Origin: an uncultured Syntrophorhabdus sp.
GTDB taxonomy: Bacteria > Desulfobacterota > BSN033 > UBA1163
Length of the DNA stretch: 34,274 bases
Direction: 5' to 3'
Assembly (NCBI GenBank): GCA_964599175.1
Contig: CAZREE010000005.1
Location: forward strand, 1 to 34,274
Position numbers and translations under genes: made by a program. The notes beneath the pieces are model-generated. The model was not told where the DNA came from, ran no database searches, and saw only the letters and a program-made list of their open reading frames with translations. Shown here one piece after another: positions 8,016-15,841 of this stretch (position 1 is the first letter of the stretch; each line of letters starts with the position of its first letter).

Positions 8016-9320
8016 TTACTTCACCATCAGTTTGGGCAGGACCAGAGCAATCTGAGGAAAAGCGATCAGGATAGCGGTGCAGACCACTATGGCGCCGAGA
8101 AAGGGGAAGATTCCTTTGAAGATGGTCTCCAGGGGCACATCACCCGCCACCCCTTTGATGACATATACATTTATGCCCACCGGCGGCGTAATGACTCCCA
8201 TCTCACCTACCAGCACAATGATCACCCCAAACCATATGGGGTCAAAGCCGAGTTTGAGGATAACCGGATACAGAATGGGAACGGTAAGGGTAATCAGGGC
8301 GAGTGAATCCATAAAGCAGCCGCCAATTAAATAGCCAAAGATGATAAACCCCATGATCACATAGGGAGACATTCCCAACCCCCCTACCCACTCTGACAAC
8401 TCAAAGGGAACTCTGGTCACTGCCATGAAGCGACCGAAGATGGTTGCCCCGGCGACAATAAGAAAGACCATCGCTGTTATCCGGGTTGTCTCGGATAAAG
8501 AAGTAAGAAAACCCTGCCAGCTCAGCGTTCGCCTGACTATGGCAATGATCAGCGTTCCAATAGCGCCAACCGCACCGGATTCCGTAGGAGTAAACCATCC
8601 GGCAAAAAGACCTCCGATGACCAGAAGAAACAAAATCAACATTTCTATGACGCCTGAGAGAGAAGCAATCCGCTCTTTCCAGGTGGCCTCATCTCCCGGA
8701 GGGGCGAGCGAAGGTCTAAACCGACACAGGATGAGGACCGTGATGATAAACAGGGCTGTCAGGAGCAATCCCGGGAGAATGCCTGCGGCAAAGAGCTTCC
8801 CTATAGATTCCCCGGTCATGATCCCGTAGATGATCAAGACCGTGCTCGGCGGAATCAGGATGGCCAGGCTGCCCGCAGAGGCAACACAGCCTGTAGCCAG
8901 TGAGTCGTCGTAGCGAAATCTTTTCATCTCAGGCAGGGTGACCTTGCCCATGGCTGCCGCTCCTGCAATGGTTGACCCGCACATCGCGCCAAATCCGGCG
9001 CAGGCCATGATGGTTGATACAGCCAACCCTCCCCGCATTTGCGCAAAAAACTTATGCGCGGCGTTGTAAAGGCGCCCCCCCATGCCCGAATGGAAGGCAA
9101 GCGTGCCCATAAAGACAAACATGGGGACGACCGTTAAACTATAGGATGAGAAGAGCACCCAAAAATCTTTAGCCAGAAGGCTGAGGCCCCCGTCTACGGA
9201 AACGACGTAGGAAAAGCCGAGAAAACCAATAAGAGCCATCGCATAGGCTACCGGCATCCGTAAAAGAAATAAAAAAACAAGAAGCAGAATACTGACGATG
9301 GTAATCGTGCCTGAACTCAT
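8016..9320 (-). CDS. dctM: TRAP transporter large permease (TRAP-1)
   Basis: 434-aa polytopic membrane protein typical of DctM. ATGA overlap with the dctQ stop. Confidence 0.9.
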   Translation of the reverse strand: MSSGTITIVSILLLVFLFLLRMPVAYAMALIGFLGFSYVVSVDGGLSLLAKDFWVLFSSYSLTVVPMFVFMGTLAFHSGMGGRLYNAAHKFFAQMRGGLAVSTIMACAGFGAMCGSTIAGAAAMGKVTLPEMKRFRYDDSLATGCVASAGSLAILIPPSTVLIIYGIMTGESIGKLFAAGILPGLLLTALFIITVLILCRFRPSLAPPGDEATWKERIASLSGVIEMLILFLLVIGGLFAGWFTPTESGAVGAIGTLIIAIVRRTLSWQGFLTSLSETTRITAMVFLIVAGATIFGRFMAVTRVPFELSEWVGGLGMSPYVIMGFIIFGYLIGGCFMDSLALITLTVPILYPVILKLGFDPIWFGVIIVLVGEMGVITPPVGINVYVIKGVAGDVPLETIFKGIFPFLGAIVVCTAILIAFPQIALVLPKLMVK

Positions 9321-9802
9321 CCTTTCACCGCCTTAACCAATGATTTAATAATGTCAATCAGAATCACAATGCAGAGTAAGCCGCAACCAAAGGCGATCGC
9401 ATAGAGATAGGGATAAAAAGGAACAAGAGCCGTCATGGACAATTCACCCGAACGCCGCATGTCGTTGCCTAAAACAATGCACTGCCAGGTGATTAAAACA
9501 AATATGCCAAGACTAAGCATGTGCGTCAGGATGCCGATTATCCCTTGAACTCGCTCCGGAAGTCGCATCATGATCAGCTCTACCGCTATGTGGCCTTTTT
9601 TCAAAGCACAGTAAGCAAGAGCGAGGGCAACCAGGATTGCCCCTAAAAAACCGACAAAGTCAAAAGTTCCATAGATAGGCTTCCAGACCAAACGCCCCAG
9701 GATATTGCCGACGACAAGAAGCATCATGGCAATTACGGCGACCTGTGCAATCCGGTCACAGAACTCGCTCACCCAATGAACCAAGCGTTCAATAAAAGCC
9801 AT
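9317..9802 (-). CDS. dctQ: TRAP transporter small permease (TRAP-1)
   Basis: 161 aa with 4 predicted TM helices. AAGGAG Shine-Dalgarno sequence. Position between dctP and dctM. Confidence 0.85.
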   Translation of the reverse strand: MAFIERLVHWVSEFCDRIAQVAVIAMMLLVVGNILGRLVWKPIYGTFDFVGFLGAILVALALAYCALKKGHIAVELIMMRLPERVQGIIGILTHMLSLGIFVLITWQCIVLGNDMRRSGELSMTALVPFYPYLYAIAFGCGLLCIVILIDIIKSLVKAVKG

Positions 9803-9927
9803 TGAGTCTAACTCCTTTTTAGTATCCTCTATGGAGGGCGCCCTTCACAGATTATTCTGTCTGTTGCGGACACCCTCCATAAAGTTTTTTCATATATGAT
9901 GGTCTCGTAAAAAGCCCTGATTTGTCG

Positions 9928-10019
9928 CCCTGAACTCGGTTTCGAGTCGTACCGACTTGTTTCAGGGTCTCGTAAGCGCTTCATTTTGTTAGATGCTGAA
10001 CCAAGTTCAGCATGACATT
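9928..10019 (+). repeat. composite double-hairpin repeat, copy A (inverted copy at 31990-32060)
   Basis: CTTGTTTCAGGGTCTCGTAA (9956-9975), a 13-nt spacer, then TTAGATGCTGAACCAAGTTCAGCATGACATT (9989-10019). The reverse complement of 31990-32060 has the same modules with the same 13-nt spacing. Confidence 0.75.
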
Positions 10020-10081
10020 CTTTCTGGTTTCTGGCTTTTTACAAATTCATAATATACGCAATTGCTAACTCGCCCACTACC

Positions 10082-11161
10082 TCAGGGTTTCCAGGGTTCA
10101 AATTTCATTTTATTATATTTCTCCACGATCCTGCCTGCCTCTTTAACCATCTCTTCCCCGGGGAGCCCTCTGGCCTTCAGTGAGGCGGCATATTCCCCGG
10201 CTATCGGCTCTAACAGTTTTTTCAGCTTTGCCACTTCAGCTTCAGGGAGATACAGAAGCTCATGGCCTCCGGTTTGCCGTTTGGCAAAATCCGCCCCCCT
10301 CTTCTGCATAAATTGCCAGATTTGGCCGGCTTCCTTCATCGCTTCCTCGGCAACCGCATCGAAAGCATCCTGAAGGTCCTTGGGCAACGCCTTCCACTTA
10401 GCCAGGTTCATGCCAACCCAGAAGAACTCGGAATAGAAGTGGGGAACAAAGGTGGAATAATCAAAAACCTCGTGATGTTTCCATCCTTCAAGCGTTTCAG
10501 CCGGTGAGATAATGGCATCGATGATTCCCTTTTGCGCTGCAAGGTAAGTCTCGCCCATCACCATCGCTACCGGCTCTCCCCCAACTGCCTTAACCCCCTG
10601 AATCCCTGGTCCGGTAACTCTTATTTTCAGGCCTTTCATATCCGCCACGGTGCGAACCGGTTTCTTGGTATGCAGCCAGCCGGGTCCGGTGGCGTAGACA
10701 TAAAGCACCTTTGTATCGTCAAATTCTTTCGGCTTATATTTTCTGTAGAACTCCCAGATGGTGTGAGCCGCAGCATCAGAACTTTCCGGCGGGGCGATTC
10801 CAGGCTGATTGAGGGTCAACATTGCCGGGAATTTCCCGGGGGTCCAGCCAAGCGATGTGGTGCCCGAATCGGCAATGCCCTTGACCACTCCATCGTAGAT
10901 CTCGGCTCCTCCGAGTAAAGTCGAAACGGGAAAATATTTTATGTCAAGAGCATACTTTCCTCCTGCTGCCTTTTCCACCATCTTAAAATACCGTGGCATT
11001 TGATCGGCATGCATAAAATGGGTAACCGGCCAGGGATGGACAAACCCAAGCGTTATCTTTTCTGTTTTGGGTTGAGCATAGGCTTCCGGCATTGTCCGGA
11101 TGCCAAGAGATAATGCGATCAAAATCGCCATTGACAAACCAAATAAAGCTCTCTTTCTCAT
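10082..11161 (-). CDS. dctP: TRAP transporter substrate-binding protein (TRAP-1), DctP family
   Basis: Start re-set to the ATG at 11161, which has a GGAGAGGAG Shine-Dalgarno sequence and the signal peptide MRKRALFGLSMAILIALSLGIRTMPEAYAQ. DctP-type block ADMKGLKIRV. Confidence 0.85.
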   Translation of the reverse strand: MRKRALFGLSMAILIALSLGIRTMPEAYAQPKTEKITLGFVHPWPVTHFMHADQMPRYFKMVEKAAGGKYALDIKYFPVSTLLGGAEIYDGVVKGIADSGTTSLGWTPGKFPAMLTLNQPGIAPPESSDAAAHTIWEFYRKYKPKEFDDTKVLYVYATGPGWLHTKKPVRTVADMKGLKIRVTGPGIQGVKAVGGEPVAMVMGETYLAAQKGIIDAIISPAETLEGWKHHEVFDYSTFVPHFYSEFFWVGMNLAKWKALPKDLQDAFDAVAEEAMKEAGQIWQFMQKRGADFAKRQTGGHELLYLPEAEVAKLKKLLEPIAGEYAASLKARGLPGEEMVKEAGRIVEKYNKMKFEPWKP

Positions 11162-11205
11162 TCCTTTTCTCCTCTCCTTTGCAAGTGATTTTGAATTTGT
11201 TTTAC

Positions 11206-11250
11206 TTCCCTTTCCTCTATCTTCCTTTCCCACCTCCCTTCTTCTCCTCC
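11206..11250 (-). repeat. 45-nt polypurine (mRNA sense) tract in the dctP-1 leader
   Basis: 43 of 45 plus-strand bases are pyrimidines. The mRNA sense strand reads GGAGGAGAAGAAGGGAGGTGGGAAAGGAAGATAGAGGAAAGGGAAG, with several SD-like GGAGG motifs. Confidence 0.8.
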
Positions 11251-11314
11251 GATTACCATCACGCGGTTTTTTGAGATTGACATAGGGCAACGTTCTTTTT
11301 TTTAAAAACCATCC

Positions 11315-11332
11315 CATTCTCCATGGAGAATG
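11315..11332. promoter_or_regulatory. perfect 18-bp palindrome in the dctP-1 leader
   Basis: CATTCTCCATGGAGAATG equals its own reverse complement. On the mRNA strand it is followed by GGGATGG and then TTTTT. Confidence 0.5.
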
Positions 11333-11387
11333 CCTAATAGGTTTTCAACCGGAGCCCTCTTCAGGTCTCAACCGAGATGGCGTCAAA

Positions 11388-11397
11388 CGAACGTTCG
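11388..11397 (-). promoter_or_regulatory. candidate TetR operator upstream of TRAP-1 (CGAACGTTCG)
   Basis: Perfect 10-bp palindrome within ACCGAACGTTCGTTTGA (11399-11383, minus strand), 11 nt downstream of the TAGAAG -10 box. Confidence 0.55.
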
Positions 11398-11408
11398 GTC
11401 AACGCAAT

Positions 11409-11437
11409 CTTCTAACAATAATTGTTTTCCATGTCAA
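11409..11437 (-). promoter_or_regulatory. candidate sigma-70 promoter of the TRAP-1 operon
   Basis: Minus strand reads TTGACA (11437-11432), 17-nt spacer, TAGAAG (11414-11409). Confidence 0.5.
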
Positions 11438-11474
11438 GAGAAATTTTGATGCGGTTCACTCGGGCATGACCGCA

Positions 11475-11777
11475 TCAATAAATCTCGAAGCGAGAGGGAA
11501 GAAAGGTGATGAGATGCGGAAAGATGAACAGTAGAGCCGCACAAAGAATCATCCCGATCAAAAAGGGATAGACTCCGCTGTAAATCTCGCCAAACGGCAC
11601 TTTGGTGATGTTTCTCACCACGAAGACGTTGACGGCCACAGGGGGGATCACGACTCCGATCATGACAAAAATATGGAGAATGAAGATCATGATCACATAG
11701 GGTGGAAGATGCCCCCCCCGCTCGATCAGGAATACGGTTCCTTCTGATCTTCTGTCCTGATGGTCCGAAGAATCCAA
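11475..11777 (-). pseudogene. remnant of a dctM 3' end (C-terminal ~70 codons recognisable)
   Basis: The translation ...MIGVVIPPVAVNVFVVRNITKVPFGEIYSGVYPFLIGMILCAALLFIFPHLITFLPS matches the dctM-2 C-terminus VGVVIPPVAINVFVVKNITKVPFGVIYSGVYPFLISLVVGATLLFLFPQLATYLPS. Nucleotide similarity is visible by eye over about 11575-11665. No N-terminal 350 codons are present. Confidence 0.7.
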
Positions 11778-11813
11778 ACAAAGGCGACAAAGGTTTGGGA
11801 AGCGGCGTTCCTC

Positions 11814-13115
11814 TTATCTCATCAATACCGAGGGAAGATAGGTAGCCAGTTGGGGGAATAAAAACAATAGAGTCGCTCCCACCACGAGACTGATTAAAAA
11901 AGGATAAACCCCGCTGTAAATCACGCCAAAGGGCACCTTCGTGATGTTCTTTACCACAAAGACGTTGATGGCCACCGGAGGAATAACCACGCCAACCATG
12001 ACCGTAATCGCAATGACCATGCCGAACCAGATAGGGTCGAACCCTAACTTGAGAATGACCGGATAGAAGATGGGGGTTGCCAGAACCATAAAAGCAAGGT
12101 CATCGATGAAAGATCCTCCTAATAGATAAATGAGTGCGATGAAAACCATCACGGTATATCTGTGAAAAGGAAGTTCCACAATCCAGTCTGCGGCCATCAT
12201 GGGAATTTTTGTGATTGCGAGAAAATGGCCGAGGACGGTCGACCCAGCGATGAGCATAAGAACCATACAGGCCGTGCGGAGCGATTCTCCCACAGACTTC
12301 ACATACCCTTTAAAATTCATATCCCTCTTCATCAAAGCCATCAAAAGAACGGCAAAGGTCCCTACACTTCCGGCCTCAGTCGGCGTGAAAAAACCCTTCA
12401 TCAGGCCTCCGATGACAAGCAGAAAGATGATCAACACCCATGTCACTTCCGGCAGAGATGCGATCCTCTCCTTCCAGGATGATTTTGCGCCCTCGGGACC
12501 CATCTCTGGATTGATTTTGCACCATCCATAGATAATCACGACAAAAAAGAAAGCGATAATCACGCCGGGAATGATCCCGGCTAAAAAGAGTTTGCCGATA
12601 GATTGTTCGGTAATGATTCCAAAAACGATCAGGGTAACGCTTGGAGGAATGAGAACGCCAAGCGTTCCCACCGTGGCAACAATTCCCGTTGAAAGCCTCT
12701 TGTCATAGTTATATCGATCCATTTCAGGCACGGCGACGCTGGCAAAAGTGGCAGCGGTCGCTGGAGATGACCCGCAGATAGCCTTGAAAGCCATAGCCCC
12801 TGCCACTGTTGCCATGGCCAATCCTCCTGGAATATGCCCGATAAATTTATAGGAAGCGTTGTATAACCTTTTGGCAATTCCTGCGTTAAAGGCGATCTGT
12901 CCCATGAGGACAAAGAGCGGAATAACCGTAAACCCATAAGAAACAAAGACGTCGAAAAAATCTTTGGCTAAAAGGTTCAATGCGGCGGGCATCGAAACAA
13001 TATACGCAAACCCTAAAAATCCGACGATAGCCATTGCAAAACCGAGCTCAATGCCCGTAAGGAATAAAACCAGAACAATCGCCAGGCCTAAAATGCCAAC
13101 GCTGACGTCACTCAT
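11814..13115 (-). CDS. dctM: TRAP transporter large permease (TRAP-2)
   Basis: Start re-set to the ATG at 13115, with GGAGGG upstream. The ORF-track start is a TTG inside that Shine-Dalgarno sequence. 433-aa polytopic DctM. Confidence 0.9.
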   Translation of the reverse strand: MSDVSVGILGLAIVLVLFLTGIELGFAMAIVGFLGFAYIVSMPAALNLLAKDFFDVFVSYGFTVIPLFVLMGQIAFNAGIAKRLYNASYKFIGHIPGGLAMATVAGAMAFKAICGSSPATAATFASVAVPEMDRYNYDKRLSTGIVATVGTLGVLIPPSVTLIVFGIITEQSIGKLFLAGIIPGVIIAFFFVVIIYGWCKINPEMGPEGAKSSWKERIASLPEVTWVLIIFLLVIGGLMKGFFTPTEAGSVGTFAVLLMALMKRDMNFKGYVKSVGESLRTACMVLMLIAGSTVLGHFLAITKIPMMAADWIVELPFHRYTVMVFIALIYLLGGSFIDDLAFMVLATPIFYPVILKLGFDPIWFGMVIAITVMVGVVIPPVAINVFVVKNITKVPFGVIYSGVYPFLISLVVGATLLFLFPQLATYLPSVLMR

Positions 13116-13590
13116 ATTTCCCTCCAAAAATCTTTAGAATATCGCATAGCAGAACCAGACATTGGATAAAACAGGCAACCCCTATCCCGAAAGCCACCGG
13201 GTAAAAGGGCAACTGAAGAGTGAGGGAAACCTCTCCGGATCGCTGTAAATCCAAGCCCACCTTGAAAAGATTCCATCCAACTAAAAAAAATAAGCCTATG
13301 CCCATCAGCCGCGTCACACTATTGATCGCATTTCTCGCCTGTTGAGGAAATTTGAGTATGAAGAAATCGACAAAGATATGTCCTCTCGTCCACGAGGTCA
13401 GAGGAATGGCAAAGCCGATCACCACCCCTCCTGTAAAAGCCACCAGTTCAAAAGTCCCAAGAATGGGATTTCGAAAATACCTTAAAATGACATCGGAGAC
13501 CGTGAGGCCGATAATGAACGTCAAGGCAATGCCTGAAATGATATACATGAAACGACTGATCCCTTTTATCCCATTTAAAAAACCATTCAT
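13108..13590 (-). CDS. dctQ: TRAP transporter small permease (TRAP-2)
   Basis: Start re-set to the ATG at 13590 (GAGGAG 6 nt upstream). 160 aa, 4 TM helices. Confidence 0.85.
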   Translation of the reverse strand: MNGFLNGIKGISRFMYIISGIALTFIIGLTVSDVILRYFRNPILGTFELVAFTGGVVIGFAIPLTSWTRGHIFVDFFILKFPQQARNAINSVTRLMGIGLFFLVGWNLFKVGLDLQRSGEVSLTLQLPFYPVAFGIGVACFIQCLVLLCDILKIFGGKYE

Positions 13591-13673
13591 AGGAGACTCC
13601 TCATCCTTCTTAATCCCCCAACATAAAAAAATGGGGGGAAGAGTAAGCTTCCTCATTCCCCCCGGTATTTGCT

Positions 13674-14702
13674 TTATTTTTGATATTTATAGAGAGTTTC
13701 CAAAGCGAATCTGAGCGCTTCGTCTCCTGGAAGATCTTTTCCCCTCATACTTTTCACATATTCATCGAAGATGGGCTTTACCAGTTTGGTCCATTTCCAA
13801 TCCTCATCCTGCGGAAGAGGAATGAGCTGACTTCCCCTCGCTTTAACGACATCGTATCCCTTTTTATCAATCTCATCCCAGAGATTTCCTGTTCTTTCGA
13901 TCCACTCTTCGTTCAGCTTCCCAATGATTCCCTGGATATCGGCAGGCAGCGCCGCCCATTTCGCCTTATTCATTGTGACGATGAAAGTTGTGGAATAGGC
14001 GGATCCGAAATTTTGTGTGGTAAATTTTGTGACTTCTCCAAGCTTCCAGCCGTCGAGGGCCTCAACGGGGCACATGACACCCTCCACCACGCCTCTGCTA
14101 AGAGCATCATAGGTTTCCGGCATTGGCATGGCAACAGGAGCCCCTCCAAGGGCAGCCACGACTTTGGAGCTCAGGCCGTGGCTGCGGATCTTGAGCCCTT
14201 TCAAATCTTCCAGGTTCCTGACGGCTTTTTTGGAGGTATGAAGAATACCCGGCCCATGAGCATGGAAGTACATCACCTTGGTCTCATCAAATTCTTTTGG
14301 GTTAAATCTTTTGAAGTAATCATTGGCCACCTTCGTCGCGGCATATCCTGATTTATAACCCAGGGGCAGATCAATGACTTCGGTCAACGGGAACTTACCC
14401 CTCGTGTAACCGAGCACGGTTAAACATAAATCGGATATCCCTTTGACCACACCATCATAGGCCACTTCTCCCTTTGTCAATGTGCCGCCGGGAAACATAG
14501 TCACCTTGACTCTTCCATTCGTTCTCTTTTCCAGCTCCTTACACCACTCCACGGCAAGTACGGTCATCTTATGGGGTGCGGGGAAAAAGGTGGAGTAATT
14601 TAATTCAATCGGTTTGGTCTGCGCGGAAGCAGGAGAAACAGACAACAACCATCCAAAAATTGAAATGCATAAGACTAAAGAAATAAGTTTAAAACGTCCC
14701 AT
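13674..14702 (-). CDS. dctP: TRAP transporter substrate-binding protein (TRAP-2), DctP family
   Basis: Signal peptide ending SPASAQ. DctP block LEDLKGLKIRS. AAAGGAGG Shine-Dalgarno sequence. Confidence 0.9.
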   Translation of the reverse strand: MGRFKLISLVLCISIFGWLLSVSPASAQTKPIELNYSTFFPAPHKMTVLAVEWCKELEKRTNGRVKVTMFPGGTLTKGEVAYDGVVKGISDLCLTVLGYTRGKFPLTEVIDLPLGYKSGYAATKVANDYFKRFNPKEFDETKVMYFHAHGPGILHTSKKAVRNLEDLKGLKIRSHGLSSKVVAALGGAPVAMPMPETYDALSRGVVEGVMCPVEALDGWKLGEVTKFTTQNFGSAYSTTFIVTMNKAKWAALPADIQGIIGKLNEEWIERTGNLWDEIDKKGYDVVKARGSQLIPLPQDEDWKWTKLVKPIFDEYVKSMRGKDLPGDEALRFALETLYKYQK

Positions 14703-14883
14703 GGTATCCTCCTTTCATTTTTCTCCTTTATTTATAAAGATCTTATTTTGACTCAATCGCTTTTCTCTGAATCACCTCCTTTTCATTAGAATATGTCCTT
14801 CTAAAGGAATCTGCCTTATTAGACGGTAACTGAATGAAACTATTCAAATTAAACCGTCTTCTATTTTTGAGAATTTTTTAACA

Positions 14884-14911
14884 AGTATACCGGGTAGATT
14901 ATTTTTGTCAA
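14884..14911 (-). promoter_or_regulatory. candidate sigma-70 promoter of TRAP-2
   Basis: Minus strand reads TTGACA (14911-14906), 16-nt spacer, TATACT (14889-14884). This leaves a leader of about 180 nt that contains the inverted repeat AGACGGT-N25-ACCGTCT (14821-14859). Confidence 0.45.
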
Positions 14912-14951
14912 GTCATTTTTGAGAGATTTCTAACAAATCCCAGAAATCTCC

Positions 14952-14983
14952 GATTACACAGATAAGGACCTGATTCCACAGAT
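14952..14983 (+). repeat. direct repeats GATTACACAGAT / GATTCCACAGAT, 20 bp apart
   Basis: Copies at 14952-14963 and 14972-14983. A third, inverted, partial copy (CTATGGAATC) lies at 15008-15017. All sit in the AT-rich divergent control region. Confidence 0.6.
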
Positions 14984-15052
14984 TACTGAGCAATAAAAAA
15001 ACCAAATCTATGGAATCATTTTTTGAAATCTTCTAATATCTGTAAGTTAAAA

Positions 15053-15081
15053 TTGACAAAAATCTTTAATCTGATAATAAT
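15053..15081 (+). promoter_or_regulatory. candidate sigma-70 promoter of the flavin reductase gene
   Basis: TTGACA (15053-15058), 16-17-nt spacer, TAATAAT (15075-15081). GAAGGAG Shine-Dalgarno sequence before the ATG at 15142. Confidence 0.45.
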
Positions 15082-15141
15082 CATTTCGCTCATTGAAAAG
15101 AAAAAAATAGTCATTCCTAAAGGAAAGAAGGAGAAATAGCG

Positions 15142-15801
15142 ATGTATTACGATCCGGAAAAGAATGATCATGGCCTTCCCCACAACCCCTTTAAGGCTTG
15201 TGTCGTGCCGCGCCCCATTGGTTGGATCTCAACCGTCAGCCCCGGAGGAATACACAATCTCGCGCCTTACAGTCAGTTTCAAAACCTTACCTTCGACCCT
15301 CCCTTCGTGATGTTTGCAGCCAATCAGAACACCCGGGGCAACCGAAAGGACTCTGTCGTCAACGCGGAACAAACCGGCGAATTCGTCTACAACATGGCAA
15401 CCTACGACCTGCGAGAGGCAGTGAACCGGTCGGCTACAGAGGTACCGCCAGAGGTGGATGAATTCGAACTTGCCGGCCTGACCAAGGCGCCCTCGATCCG
15501 GGTAAAGCCTTGTCGGGTTGCGGAATCGCCCATTCAGTTCGAGTGCCGTTATCACCAGACACTGCGGCTGCCCGGCAACGGACTCATGGGCACGGTGGAT
15601 GTCATCATTGGCAGGGTGGTTCTCATCCACATTCAAGACGACGTCATCGCTCCGGACGGCCGGATTGATATATTGCGCATTCGTCCCCTTGCCCGACTCG
15701 GTTACTACGATTATACGGCTGTGGAATCCTTTTTCGAGATGGTTATTCCTGACGCCAATGAAGCGTTACTCGCAGGCCTTGAAGGGAAACAAAAAAAATA
15801 A
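15142..15801 (+). CDS. flavin reductase-like (FMN-binding split-barrel) protein
   Basis: 219 aa. VVPRPIGWISTVSPGGIHNLAPYSQF is typical of the flavin reductase domain family. Confidence 0.75.
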   Translation: MYYDPEKNDHGLPHNPFKACVVPRPIGWISTVSPGGIHNLAPYSQFQNLTFDPPFVMFAANQNTRGNRKDSVVNAEQTGEFVYNMATYDLREAVNRSATEVPPEVDEFELAGLTKAPSIRVKPCRVAESPIQFECRYHQTLRLPGNGLMGTVDVIIGRVVLIHIQDDVIAPDGRIDILRIRPLARLGYYDYTAVESFFEMVIPDANEALLAGLEGKQKK

Positions 15802-15841
15802 GGAGGTGGTTTGAAGGGTCTGCTGACAGTAGGAATGAAAA

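Noticed and set aside
9830-9890. Hairpin TATGGAGGG-N34-CCCTCCATA followed by AAAGTTTTTT, considered as a plus-strand Rho-independent terminator
   Set aside because: No plus-strand gene lies upstream, since the region is inside the minus-strand TRAP-1 operon. The 34-nt loop is too large. It more likely belongs to the repeat cluster.
11162-11317. N-terminal extension of dctP-1 (MGWFLKKRTL...RRRRREVGKEDRGKGS)
   Set aside because: It is the translation of the polypurine leader tract. The internal ATG at 11161 has a strong Shine-Dalgarno sequence and is followed by a proper signal peptide.
11434-11790. 118-aa ORF in an alternative frame over the dctM remnant
   Set aside because: Only the 11475-11777 frame shows DctM similarity. 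This frame has no Shine-Dalgarno sequence and no motif support.
13680-14351. Long antisense ORFs in the track, for example 13680-14351 (223 aa), 8425-8829, 15846-16340, 33005-33436, 1111-1617 and 6095-6508
   Set aside because: Each lies antisense to a gene with clear family motifs and has no Shine-Dalgarno sequence. Their translations are low-complexity and Arg/Ser/Pro-rich, as is typical of shadow frames.
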